Origin: Candidatus Hydrogenedentota bacterium
GTDB taxonomy: Bacteria > Hydrogenedentota > Hydrogenedentia > Hydrogenedentales > SLHB01
DNA: 40,760 bases
Assembly (NCBI GenBank): GCA_045863295.1
Contig: BTWA01000046.1
Coordinates: 1 to 40,760, forward strand
Direction: 5' to 3'
Shown here in pieces: positions 8,986-18,494 of this stretch. Position numbers and translations under genes: made by a program. Position 1 is the first letter of the stretch; each line of letters starts with the position of its first letter. The notes under the pieces were generated by a model. It was not told the DNA's origin, did no database searches, and saw only the letters and a list, made by a program, of their open reading frames with translations.

Positions 8986-10257
8986 ATGAAATGTCAATTG
9001 GGAGTTCTGACGGTCGTCTTGTCAATGCTACTATTCGCCTGCATGGGAAAACCAGCGGCGGGACAAAACCGTGGATCTCAGCCGACAGCCGATCCGGGTG
9101 CGGACTCCAAGCAAGAGGTTGTTCCCTTGAATGAACAAGACGTAATCGTAGGACTTAATACGTTCACGCTCGACCTGTTTCGAATGATGCTTGCCGAAGA
9201 AGCCCCAGCCACGAATACCATTGTTTCGCCCTACAGTGTCGCGACCGCACTGGCAATGGCCTATGCTGGAGCGCGGGGACAGACCGCGGACGAAATGTCA
9301 CAAACCCTTCACTTTTCCGGCAACACACCTGCCTTCCACCAGGCCTTGGGCAAGGTGGGTACAGAATTGACGTCGTCCCAAGAGTATCAACTGCTCGTGG
9401 CCAACGCGCTCTGGCCTAGCAAGCAGTACACGCTTCTCGAGTCGTATCTCACATCCATGCGAAATGCCTATAAGACCGAATTATCCACACTCGACTACGC
9501 AGGCGAGGCCGAAGCATCGCGCGAAACCATCAACACATGGGTGGAAGAAAAGACGAATGACCGCATACTGGATCTGATTCCTGAAGGTTCGTTGGATGCC
9601 GCGACTCAACTTGTCATCACAAACGCAATCTATTTCAAGGGCCTGTGGCTGACACAGTTCAAAGAAGAACGGACACAAGACATGCCATTCCATTTGCTCG
9701 ATGGAAACTCAATCGACGTGCCGATGATGCAACAACGTGGCGAGTTTCAATACACGGAAACCGATTGGTATCAAGCGGTTGAATTGGGGTACCAAGGCGA
9801 TAAAATAGCAATGGTGATCCTATTGCCCAAGGATGCAAAGGACCTTGCCCGCGTAATGTCTGAACTGTCGCCCGACTTCATGCACGCCGCTTTGACCGGA
9901 CTTGCCAAGCGCAATATCGACCTGCTTCTGCCACGTTTCACCATCAAAGCAAAATATTTCATGACTGAGCTTCTTTCAAGTATGGGTATGCCGACGGCTT
10001 TTACCGGAAGCGCCGACTTTTCCGGCATGTCCGGCGTTCGAGACTTATTCATATCGGACGTGATTCACCAGGCCTTTATCGAGGTAAACGAAGAAGGCAC
10101 GGAAGCCGCTGCCGCAACCGGAGTCATTATGGAAAAGACCGCCATCATGATTCCGCCGAGGTTTCAGGCGGATCACCCATTTGTATTTCTGATTCGCGAC
10201 AAGGAAAGCGGGTGCATTCTATTTACCGGAGTCCTGGCAAAACCGGAAGGCCACTGA
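8986..10257 (+). CDS. Serpin (serine protease inhibitor), probable lipoprotein
   Basis: SPYSV, NAIYFKGLW, hinge EEGTEAAAAT and signature FQADHPFVFLIRD. Lipobox-like LLFA-C at residue 19. Confidence 0.95.
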   Translation: MKCQLGVLTVVLSMLLFACMGKPAAGQNRGSQPTADPGADSKQEVVPLNEQDVIVGLNTFTLDLFRMMLAEEAPATNTIVSPYSVATALAMAYAGARGQTADEMSQTLHFSGNTPAFHQALGKVGTELTSSQEYQLLVANALWPSKQYTLLESYLTSMRNAYKTELSTLDYAGEAEASRETINTWVEEKTNDRILDLIPEGSLDAATQLVITNAIYFKGLWLTQFKEERTQDMPFHLLDGNSIDVPMMQQRGEFQYTETDWYQAVELGYQGDKIAMVILLPKDAKDLARVMSELSPDFMHAALTGLAKRNIDLLLPRFTIKAKYFMTELLSSMGMPTAFTGSADFSGMSGVRDLFISDVIHQAFIEVNEEGTEAAAATGVIMEKTAIMIPPRFQADHPFVFLIRDKESGCILFTGVLAKPEGH

Positions 10258-10282
10258 CACAAGACCAAGTACAATTCCTCAA

Positions 10283-10696
10283 TTATTCTGGGGAAAACGC
10301 ATTTTCAAAATGTGTTATTTCGGCAGTACCACCGTCCGGAAGAACGACCGCAATGATGTCATAGCGGTAATAGAGGGAATCGTCGTCGCGTTGACGCATA
10401 TAGCGGCGCCCGGCTTTGGAGAGCTTCCTGCGCTTGGCAAAGGTCACGTTGGCTTCCGGTGAAAGGTAGCTGTCACTGGCGCGTGTCTTCACCTCGACGA
10501 AAACTACCGTATCCGCCTTTTGCACAATGATATCGATCTCGTTCTTGCCAAGTATCAGGTTGCGATGCAGGATCTTATAGCCCGCTTTGCGAAGAAAAGC
10601 AGCAGCCTCGTCCTCCCCACGCTGTCCAAGGGATGGAGGTCTACGCGGCCGGAACCGCTGGCGGATCCGATTCAGCAGGGAATAAACGAATCTCAT
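10283..10696 (-). CDS. yraN: YraN/UPF0102 family putative endonuclease
   Basis: LGQRGEDEAAAFL, EIDII, VFVEVKTR (PD-(D/E)xK-like) and YRYDIIAV. Confidence 0.9.
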   Translation of the reverse strand: MRFVYSLLNRIRQRFRPRRPPSLGQRGEDEAAAFLRKAGYKILHRNLILGKNEIDIIVQKADTVVFVEVKTRASDSYLSPEANVTFAKRRKLSKAGRRYMRQRDDDSLYYRYDIIAVVLPDGGTAEITHFENAFSPE

Positions 10697-11477
10697 CGAA
10701 CAACCGGTGTTGATGGGCCTTGACCTGACCCTGACGGCACAATTCCAGTATCGCTAGAAAACAGCAGATTAGTTCCACACGTTGCTTACATTCGCGCAAA
10801 AGATCGGTCCAGGCGACACTCCCTTCACGGGCAAGCCAGCCGCGAATGTGATCAATCTTATCATCAACGGAATGATGCTCCGCAGTAACGTTGTGGTAAA
10901 GGTCCTCGGTAAAAAAATGAAGCACGCTTCGCATCGCCTTCATCAGATCGAAAAGCGTAACCTCTATATACTCCTCCTCCTCGTCTTCGGGCTCTTCGAT
11001 CCGCACCTTGGCATTGCGAGTAAACCATGCGAGCCGTTCGCCCTCCAACCATTCCAGCCTCTGCGCCACCTCCCGATAAAGCCGGTATTCGAGAAGCTTG
11101 TTAACCAGTTCAAGGCGCGGATCTTCCTCTTCTATCTCCTCTTCTTCGCTGGCAGCCTCTTGATCCGCTGGCAACAGCATCTTCGACTTGATGTGGAGTA
11201 GCGTGGCGGCCATGACAAGGTACTCACCCGCCATATCCAGGTTCTCTTCCTGCAATAGGTCAAGGAAGCGAAGGTACTGATCGGTAATCTTGAGAATGGG
11301 AATGTCGAGAATGTCGATCTCCTGGGCCTTGATGAGATAAAGCAATACTTCCATCGGCCCTTGGAATTTATCCAAATGCAAACGCAGCACTTCATCAGTC
11401 GCTTCATCGACGATGAGTACGCCTTCTCCAGTATCGCTTCCCGGCTGTGGCAAAGCCGGGTTCAAATCATCGGACAT
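10641..11477 (-). CDS. scpA: Segregation and condensation protein A (kleisin)
   Basis: FQGPMEVLLYLI, ITDQYL, EYLVMAATLLHIKSKMLLP, DPRLELVNKLLEY, FLAILEL. Confidence 0.93.
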   Translation of the reverse strand: MSDDLNPALPQPGSDTGEGVLIVDEATDEVLRLHLDKFQGPMEVLLYLIKAQEIDILDIPILKITDQYLRFLDLLQEENLDMAGEYLVMAATLLHIKSKMLLPADQEAASEEEEIEEEDPRLELVNKLLEYRLYREVAQRLEWLEGERLAWFTRNAKVRIEEPEDEEEEYIEVTLFDLMKAMRSVLHFFTEDLYHNVTAEHHSVDDKIDHIRGWLAREGSVAWTDLLRECKQRVELICCFLAILELCRQGQVKAHQHRLFDEIRLFPAESDPPAVPAA

Positions 11478-11515
11478 GGAATTTCCCTTCCCAAATCGCC
11501 GGTTGCAGTGAATCT

Positions 11516-11545
11516 ATCCTAACGCCGGATTCCGCACCCGTACAA
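11516..11545 (-). promoter_or_regulatory. Putative sigma70 promoter for scpA-yraN (TTGTAC-18-TAGGAT)
   Basis: Minus-strand hexamers at 11545-11540 and 11521-11516, within the 79-bp gap upstream of scpA. Confidence 0.4.
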
Positions 11546-11556
11546 CCTCTTCCTCA

Positions 11557-13143
11557 CTACGGCTGCTGTGTCGATACGGACGGACAAACAATGCGCAATT
11601 CCATCGCGGCGCCGGTCTCGTTTAAAACAGCCAGCAAGGTAATCTCTGAAACGCGGGAAGAAGCACTGCGCCACTCCTGCGTAAGTGTCTCGAATTCCCC
11701 TTTGGTGACGCCTTTCAAAGCCCCCACGGCCGCAAATTGACGGGCGGATTCGATCAGAGCATCCGCGCACTTCTCGGGCACGATTCGAAAATAGAGGTTA
11801 CCCTCCTGCTCCAAGGTGCCAGAGTCCAGTTCCTGCGAGATTATCCGTTGGGCGACCGGCCGGCTGGAACTGATCATTAACTGATCGCCAAGGACTTTGG
11901 CCGTGGGCTCAATAGAGGGACCGCCCCACATTGGGACCGAAACCGTCTGTGTTGCCGAATCGTAGCGCGGATAAGAATCCCAAGGATGCAGCGTAGCCGG
12001 CGGCGCAGGAATAGATTCAAATGCCTTTTGCAATTCAGAACGCTTTGCGTCAAGCGTCAGCACCAGTTCCGGCATAGGCACGATTTCTCGCGTGTCAACC
12101 CCCTGCAGACTGATCCGAATGCCGGGACCGCAATTCGCCAATACTCCGGTCGCCATAAACGGAAGCCCGGGAGCTTCAAACAGAGGACGTTCCGACCACC
12201 CTTCCCAGCGTTCCTGCGACATAAGATCAACATGAAACGCCTCCCCAATACCGGTCCAGACTTCCTTGAACGGCTTACGAAAATCCATCGACAACATCGC
12301 GGGGCCATCAACAGGCATTCTCAACGTTTGAGGCTTCAGATCCAGCATCATCGGCCGAAGACGCTGCTTCCAGTAGTCCGAATATCTCGTCTGAAATTTG
12401 GCATGCAGCCCATTGCCGTCGATTCTCAATGCAAATCCAACGTGCGCAAGCAATGAGTCGCCCGGTTCGTGTTCCGGCAACAGGATGAATCCTCGCAGGT
12501 CTTCGTCCCCGGTCTGCGTCAGCGTGCTATATTCATCCTCCGCGATGACACGATCGGTATCAAGCGTCAAACTGCGAATCAACGCATCTCGCGATCGGCT
12601 CATGATAAGTACGCGCCCGCGCACCGCATAGAAGAACCCGGGATCAATAACCTTGCGGAGCGCCAGTCCACCCGCATAGTCTCGTTCTATACTGGGCAGC
12701 CATACGCCCAAGGGTTCGAGCAATCGGCCCATACGCGACATGCGCGTAACAAACACGGTGTCATCGAATTGCGTCAAGTCGGGTCCTGTTGCATGCAGAC
12801 GCTCACGCACAAAATTATTAAACACCCATTCCGGATAACCCATGGTCTCAGTAACCATGGTTCGTAGAGGGGTAAGACCCAGGCTGGCCGGAAGCGCCTC
12901 CCAAATGGGAGATGAGGCAATGCGGCTGCGATTCTGCGCCGGATCCGAAAGTACCACGTGATACGCCTGTTTTGCCGCCACAAATTGGCGGACAGAATAG
13001 GAATCCCGTGTAATCCAGAACGCCCAGCACGTCCCCACGATAAGAATGACTAACAGGACCCGCCACCAGCCACCGCGCCGGCCACGCCGGCGGCGCTGCA
13101 ATGACCCGGCTTCCGTCGTATAAGATCGAACCGTATCACTCAT
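11557..13143 (-). CDS. Hypothetical membrane-anchored protein (Arg-rich N-tail, one TM helix, large extracytoplasmic domain)
   Basis: 528-aa ORF with RRRRGRRGG followed by WWRVLLVILIVGTCWAFWI. 4-bp ATGA overlap with the upstream gene. Confidence 0.75.
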   Translation of the reverse strand: MSDTVRSYTTEAGSLQRRRRGRRGGWWRVLLVILIVGTCWAFWITRDSYSVRQFVAAKQAYHVVLSDPAQNRSRIASSPIWEALPASLGLTPLRTMVTETMGYPEWVFNNFVRERLHATGPDLTQFDDTVFVTRMSRMGRLLEPLGVWLPSIERDYAGGLALRKVIDPGFFYAVRGRVLIMSRSRDALIRSLTLDTDRVIAEDEYSTLTQTGDEDLRGFILLPEHEPGDSLLAHVGFALRIDGNGLHAKFQTRYSDYWKQRLRPMMLDLKPQTLRMPVDGPAMLSMDFRKPFKEVWTGIGEAFHVDLMSQERWEGWSERPLFEAPGLPFMATGVLANCGPGIRISLQGVDTREIVPMPELVLTLDAKRSELQKAFESIPAPPATLHPWDSYPRYDSATQTVSVPMWGGPSIEPTAKVLGDQLMISSSRPVAQRIISQELDSGTLEQEGNLYFRIVPEKCADALIESARQFAAVGALKGVTKGEFETLTQEWRSASSRVSEITLLAVLNETGAAMELRIVCPSVSTQQP

Positions 13144-15467
13144 GGCGCCTCATCAAATCCAAACGTGGTGTAGTCGCCCACCGAATTCTCGCCCGTCGGA
13201 AACGCCACATGAACCTTCTTGGCCGTCGGCTCGAAAATGGCTGAAAACCGCGTCGTATTGTTGAGTATGCGTTCGGTGCCGGTTCGGCTTGCTTCGGAAT
13301 CGGCCATGCTGACCTTCAACTCGTCGGCAGTGACGATCCGTTCCGTCTCCAGTAAACTCTGCAGCCGGCGATACCGAGTCGCGGTTTCACGGTCTACCTC
13401 TGTCAGCGTCGGATCGACGCCAACCAATAATCCATCCACGGCCTCGCGGGTAAAAAGATTCGGTCCAAATTCCAACACCAACGCCCCAGGCAGTCCCGGA
13501 CCCGCCACCAAAACATGATATCCGCGCAAATGCGTGTGGCTGACAAGTCGATCCGTGGCTTCGTCAACGGACGCACAAGTGGTGAGTACGTCTCGCAATA
13601 TCAAATTGACCGGAAGGCCATCTAAAGTCGGTGTGCCCAAGGCTGGAACGCGCTCCACAGACACAGTCAGCCCGGCGTCGTTCATCCCTGTAAAGACGCC
13701 CACGTTCCACGGAAACCCAATTTGAATGTAAGGCCGGCCGGCACGCGTAATCACCTTCACCACTACTGGTTCTTCATCGACTGGCCAGTCAAAATTGCGT
13801 CCAATCAGCAAATCGTCGGCGCCCGCCCGATCTCCCACTGCCGCCACCATGGTGGACGACGATCCGGAAAACAGTGAATTGCGATCGCGCGACTCGCCCA
13901 GCACCGGCAACCATTGCAGCAACCACAATGCATCGAAGGGTGTATTGGAGTTCTCAGCGAGACCCTTCAATTCCTCAAACACATCGGGGCCGGCGTCAGC
14001 CAGCCGGGCCCGCAACGAGGACGCAAGCATTGGCAAGGTAACGGAGCTGGTATCGATAAATGAAGGAAGCGAAGCGAGAAACTCGCTCTGAGGTGAAATC
14101 TTTGTGGGAACGTTAATTGAACCTGCGTATCTTTCGAAGGCGGTTCGAATACGATCGGCGAAGGCGCCGCCCAGTTGCCTGCCGAGAATCTCAGGGGTGC
14201 CGGCCACGGTAATAACGCTCGCACCCAAAATCGATCGAGGACTTGCCTCGGGCATTTCGACGACTTCCGCCTGTTCGCCCCGGGTCATCAACATACCAAA
14301 CTGATCGTACAGCCATTGGTCCATCGAGGGACCGTAGAAATGAAGCGATGATTCGTAGCTCGGAGCCACGAATGCCGATTCTGGCACAACATAAAAAAGA
14401 TAGTCGTTGGCAACCCCCACGGTCATGTGAGTGCCGTAACCCCGCGCACGCGCGCGGCGGCGCAACTCCAAACCCACTTCAACACAGGGCTCCCCCGGCA
14501 CAAACGCAATCACCAAGTCATTGATTTCAAGGGTCTGCAGAAATATATCCGAGGGAAGCAGCGCACTAGCAAGCGTTGGCGGCAATGCCGGTGTCGAATG
14601 GGCTACACGAAGTGTGGCGTCTCCGCACAATATCTTTTCGGCCGCTTCCATGGTCGCCTGCGCAAGTGTACGCCCGACAAATGCCGTGTGCTCCCATCCA
14701 GAAAGACCACCCGGATTGGCAGGCCGTTGGTTGCCGGCTGCCCCATTCAAAAACATGGCGACGCACCCAGGGTTGGCAAGCCGCTCTATCTCGTTGTAGT
14801 AATAGCCTGGAAAATCGGCGGAAAACGCAAGCCAATCAGAACTGCCAACGGTCGTCGGGTGCGCGGCAAAATTCGCAAGAATCGCAATCTTGTTGCCGTC
14901 GGAATCGTCTACCCGAATTACGCCAACTTGCGGATCGGTCGGACCCTCCTCCACCTGACGGTTCTCCGCCAGGCCCTTCAAGTCGCCAAATCCATAGCCA
15001 ATGGTGCCCCGCTTGCGGCTTTCGTACGCCGTGCGCATCGCTTCCGCAAATCTATTGGCGGTTGCGTCGAGAACCTCCGGCATATATCGGCCACTGACAG
15101 TGCGGAACGCTATCGACTCTACCATGCCGCCATGGCCGTTATGCGTGTGTGTCGCGGTAAGGATGATGTTCTCTTTGGGAACGTGCGACGGCGCAAGCTC
15201 CAACACGCGCGTGCGCAACTCGCGATTGATAATGCACAGATCGGCATTAATCAGAAAAAGGGCTGTTTCCCCCTCACTCAAATACAGGCAACGGACAGAC
15301 AACGGATCGTGGACGGACATGGCCCCGCGGCCCAGCCGTTCGATGTATCCATTAAGAGGAGTCTCCAACGGCGGGGTAATGTCTATCTTGGCCGCGCCAG
15401 CTTCGAGCGCATGAGCCTGCGCGGCGGCAGCCCATAGAGCAATGATTACCGCAACGGAACTGCGCAT
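13140..15467 (-). CDS. Secreted fusion: neutral/alkaline ceramidase-like domain + C45/acid-ceramidase-like Ntn-hydrolase domain
   Basis: Signal peptide. The N-domain has AGAAKIDITPP, HDPL, TATHTHNG, NFAAHPT, SADFPG, FLNGAAGN and PGEP. The C-domain has GRNFDW and GVFTGMNDAGL. Confidence 0.8.
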   Translation of the reverse strand: MRSSVAVIIALWAAAAQAHALEAGAAKIDITPPLETPLNGYIERLGRGAMSVHDPLSVRCLYLSEGETALFLINADLCIINRELRTRVLELAPSHVPKENIILTATHTHNGHGGMVESIAFRTVSGRYMPEVLDATANRFAEAMRTAYESRKRGTIGYGFGDLKGLAENRQVEEGPTDPQVGVIRVDDSDGNKIAILANFAAHPTTVGSSDWLAFSADFPGYYYNEIERLANPGCVAMFLNGAAGNQRPANPGGLSGWEHTAFVGRTLAQATMEAAEKILCGDATLRVAHSTPALPPTLASALLPSDIFLQTLEINDLVIAFVPGEPCVEVGLELRRRARARGYGTHMTVGVANDYLFYVVPESAFVAPSYESSLHFYGPSMDQWLYDQFGMLMTRGEQAEVVEMPEASPRSILGASVITVAGTPEILGRQLGGAFADRIRTAFERYAGSINVPTKISPQSEFLASLPSFIDTSSVTLPMLASSLRARLADAGPDVFEELKGLAENSNTPFDALWLLQWLPVLGESRDRNSLFSGSSSTMVAAVGDRAGADDLLIGRNFDWPVDEEPVVVKVITRAGRPYIQIGFPWNVGVFTGMNDAGLTVSVERVPALGTPTLDGLPVNLILRDVLTTCASVDEATDRLVSHTHLRGYHVLVAGPGLPGALVLEFGPNLFTREAVDGLLVGVDPTLTEVDRETATRYRRLQSLLETERIVTADELKVSMADSEASRTGTERILNNTTRFSAIFEPTAKKVHVAFPTGENSVGDYTTFGFDEAP

Positions 15468-15470
15468 GGG

Positions 15471-16253
15471 TCAGCGGCCGGTAAACGCCGGCGGGCGCTT
15501 TTCCAAGAACGCTGCCACGCCTTCGCGCGCATCCGCACTGGCGCAGGCTTCCGCAAACGCCTCCGCTTCCAATATGCGCGCGCGATCCGGATGCAGCGCG
15601 GCTCCATGTACCGCGTGCAGTATCGCTTTCAACGCCACCGGTGCCTTCGCGGCCAACGTTCGGGCCAGTTCCATCGCGGCCCCGCGCAGCTCGGCCAACG
15701 GCACCACTTTGCAGACCAAGCCAGCATGCAGCGCCTCCTCGGCAGTGATCATGCGGCCGCTCAACATCCATTCCAGCGCACGGGATTCGCCTACAAGCCG
15801 CGGCAAGCGATGACAACCGCCCCATCCAGGGACGATCCCCAGGTTGATCTCCGGCAAACCAAATTGAGCAGTGTCAGAGGCGATCCTCACATGGCTCGCC
15901 AAGGAAAGCTCGCAGCCCCCGCCCACGGCAATTCCGTTCACCGCCGCAATAACAGGCTTTGAACAACCTTCGACAATGTCCATCGTTTTCAGTCCAGCAG
16001 GCAAAGGCGTGCCTTCCTTAAACGGTTCTCCCATGGAAGCCTGAAGCGACAGAATATCCGCCCCACCACTGAAAAACCTCCCTTCGCCCCCGGTAAGTAC
16101 AATGGCCCCAATCGCCGAATCGGCGCGCATTTCCGCCACAGCTTCGCCTATCTCAGTGACCAGTTCCAAGGACAAAGCATTGGCCTTGGGCCGGTTCAGA
16201 GTGATCACACCGACCCGGTCAACTATATCAGTTTGAACCCATTTGTAAGTCAT
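15471..16253 (-). CDS. Enoyl-CoA hydratase/isomerase (crotonase family)
   Basis: LNRPKANAL, FSGGADI, AVGGGCEL, FGLPEINLG (both catalytic Glu present) and EGVAAFLEKR. GAGGAG lies upstream of ATG 16253. Confidence 0.92.
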   Translation of the reverse strand: MTYKWVQTDIVDRVGVITLNRPKANALSLELVTEIGEAVAEMRADSAIGAIVLTGGEGRFFSGGADILSLQASMGEPFKEGTPLPAGLKTMDIVEGCSKPVIAAVNGIAVGGGCELSLASHVRIASDTAQFGLPEINLGIVPGWGGCHRLPRLVGESRALEWMLSGRMITAEEALHAGLVCKVVPLAELRGAAMELARTLAAKAPVALKAILHAVHGAALHPDRARILEAEAFAEACASADAREGVAAFLEKRPPAFTGR

Positions 16254-16527
16254 CGCACCCCGCTCCTCTAATCGCGTAACGCGCGAATGAGAAATGCTCT
16301 CCGAAAACCAAACCGACATTGAAATGTCATACCTAATCCATTACCGTGTATAAACTTATGTGGTGAATGAGGCGGCAGACGTTATGGCCGCCGAAGCCCC
16401 AGTGTAGCATACCGGCCTACAACCACGCGAAGCCGTTTTGCTTCAACGGGTTGCCCGCCTGGCAAACTCGCTCTGCCGGGAACCTTTCACACAATTCAGG
16501 GATGAAATCACCAAGGGGATTTCGATC

Positions 16528-17406
16528 ATGCACCGGATGGTTTGGGCATTTGGGGTCATCGTAGCTGCCATGACGGGATCCGCATTTCCACAGAGTGCGA
16601 CAACGACAGGCAGTGACGTCGAAATGACGCGGCAATTGGAACGAACGGCCGCCGCGTTCAAGATGGCTCGAAACGATGCCCAGACGAACAATAAGCCAGC
16701 GCTCGAGAAATCCCTGACGGCCGCGCACACGGTATGGCGCGAAACCTATCAGAAGTACCGCACATACACCACTTCGGACCGAGCTTGGGCTACCGATTTC
16801 GACGCCATCCAGGCGCTCCTCACCAATGCCACCAATGCGCTCAGCCCCGGAGATAATGTAGCCCAGTGCGCGACGCACGTGCAGACCGCTCTGGAAACGC
16901 TCGAAGGTGTACGCTCTCGCAACGGCGTTCCCGACTTGCAGGGTACCATTGCGGAAATTCAGGATTCGCTCGGCAAGTTGAATACCAACGTGCGCAAGCT
17001 GCAGGGCAAAACACCTTCTGTGGACGATGTGCAGACCTACGTCACCATGATGCAGGACATGCAGACCGCATGGAAACGATTTATACAGGGATTGATTGAC
17101 TTCAATGCGCTGGGCTTGGGTGATGGCGACTTACGCACGATGCAGACGTATATCAATAATCAGGATAAGGTGTTTCAAGCACTGATAAGCGCAATCAATA
17201 GCCCCAATACAAGCGCCATGCTGGCCAGTCTGCAACAATCGCAAACTCAACTTGAAGCGTTGCGCGATCAAATCGATGCGATCAAAAACCCGGATGAGAC
17301 CACGTCCGTCTCGGAGGAAGCAACGGAGATGGGTCTTGTTCCGGTTGAACCCCAGGAAGAAAAAAAGGCGCGTCACCCACTCTTTCCACTATTACGGCCG
17401 CGTTGA
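16528..17406 (+). CDS. Hypothetical secreted alpha-helical protein
   Basis: AAGGGGA before ATG 16528. Signal peptide MHRMVWAFGVIVAAMTGSA. Gln/Ala/Thr-rich heptad-like helices. Confidence 0.7.
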   Translation: MHRMVWAFGVIVAAMTGSAFPQSATTTGSDVEMTRQLERTAAAFKMARNDAQTNNKPALEKSLTAAHTVWRETYQKYRTYTTSDRAWATDFDAIQALLTNATNALSPGDNVAQCATHVQTALETLEGVRSRNGVPDLQGTIAEIQDSLGKLNTNVRKLQGKTPSVDDVQTYVTMMQDMQTAWKRFIQGLIDFNALGLGDGDLRTMQTYINNQDKVFQALISAINSPNTSAMLASLQQSQTQLEALRDQIDAIKNPDETTSVSEEATEMGLVPVEPQEEKKARHPLFPLLRPR

Positions 17407-17435
17407 AGAACGCCAAGGTCGCCGGGCAGGTATCG

Positions 17436-18494
17436 TCAAGAAGGTTGCTCAATCCGATCAATAAGGTCAGGCTTGAACGCGCGGGTATACCCCTGCACGG
17501 TTATGTAATAGAGCCCGTCGTCCAGTCTCACCTGATCGGCCGGCTGTTCCAGCCCACTTTTGAATATCACCATCGACCGGCCCATGGGTTGCGAAACCGA
17601 CATCGACTCCGCCTGCGCATCATCCACGTAATCGTCGAGCATCGCCAGTTGCGACTCGGGTATTTGACGCTGCTGGTAATTCGCATAATCCTGCAGTACG
17701 CGTTTGACGTAGTTCTGTGTTTCCTTGTAGGGCGGGATTCCATCGTACTTCTGCACTGCGCCAGGTCCGGCGTTATATCCAGCCAGAGCCAAGGAAAGAT
17801 TGCCGGAAAATAAATCAAGGAGGAACGACAAATACTGCATTCCGCCGGCGATGTTCTCTACAGGGTCTTCTATATTCTTCACGCCCATTTGTTCGGCCGT
17901 GCCGGGCATCAGCTGCATCAAACCCGTTGCGCCCTTCGGAGATTTCGCATACGGGTTAAAATTGCTCTCCGACTTGATCATCGCATAAACTAGATTCTCG
18001 TCCACGTTGTGTCGCGAAAGATTGTACTTTTCCACGTACAACTTGACCGTCTGCGCGATTTCCGTCGTGGAGTAGTCCGACGGCTTCATGTGGCGGCTCA
18101 GCCCTGGCAAAATGGATATGTTCTCGAACTTGATGAGTTCCCCGTTTTGTAATCCATACAACTTGCCGTCGTCGCGCTGCTGATAGCGCTGAAATGTGCT
18201 TGCATCCCGCGAAACAATGAGCCGCGTGTTGCCCTCTTCGTCGCGAAAAACGCCCACGGTTCCGCGCTGACGACGTTCTATCTTACGCCGACGCTGTTGT
18301 TCCTCGAACCGCTTCAAGTATGCTTCCCTGCTGCGAGCTTCCTCTTGCGCGGCTGTGGAGCGGTGGACAGAGATGGATTGGGCATGACCAGTAACGTGCA
18401 GACACAGGCAGCCTGCAACCAGACCAGCAGCAACCGGCCGGGAGAACAGCAATGCCCCCCGATGCACCCATCTCGAGAAAAGTGCCCCATTCAT
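17436..18494 (-). CDS. Lytic transglycosylase (SLT domain) protein
   Basis: [51 protein letters not shown]. Start is uncertain (ORF open to 18623). Confidence 0.9.
   Translation of the reverse strand: MNGALFSRWVHRGALLFSRPVAAGLVAGCLCLHVTGHAQSISVHRSTAAQEEARSREAYLKRFEEQQRRRKIERRQRGTVGVFRDEEGNTRLIVSRDASTFQRYQQRDDGKLYGLQNGELIKFENISILPGLSRHMKPSDYSTTEIAQTVKLYVEKYNLSRHNVDENLVYAMIKSESNFNPYAKSPKGATGLMQLMPGTAEQMGVKNIEDPVENIAGGMQYLSFLLDLFSGNLSLALAGYNAGPGAVQKYDGIPPYKETQNYVKRVLQDYANYQQRQIPESQLAMLDDYVDDAQAESMSVSQPMGRSMVIFKSGLEQPADQVRLDDGLYYITVQGYTRAFKPDLIDRIEQPS

Noticed and set aside
7935..10257. Serine hydrolase and serpin as a cognate protease-inhibitor pair
   Set aside because: Serpins are not known to target SxxK beta-lactamase-fold enzymes, and the hydrolase lacks an obvious signal peptide. 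Divergent adjacency alone is weak evidence.
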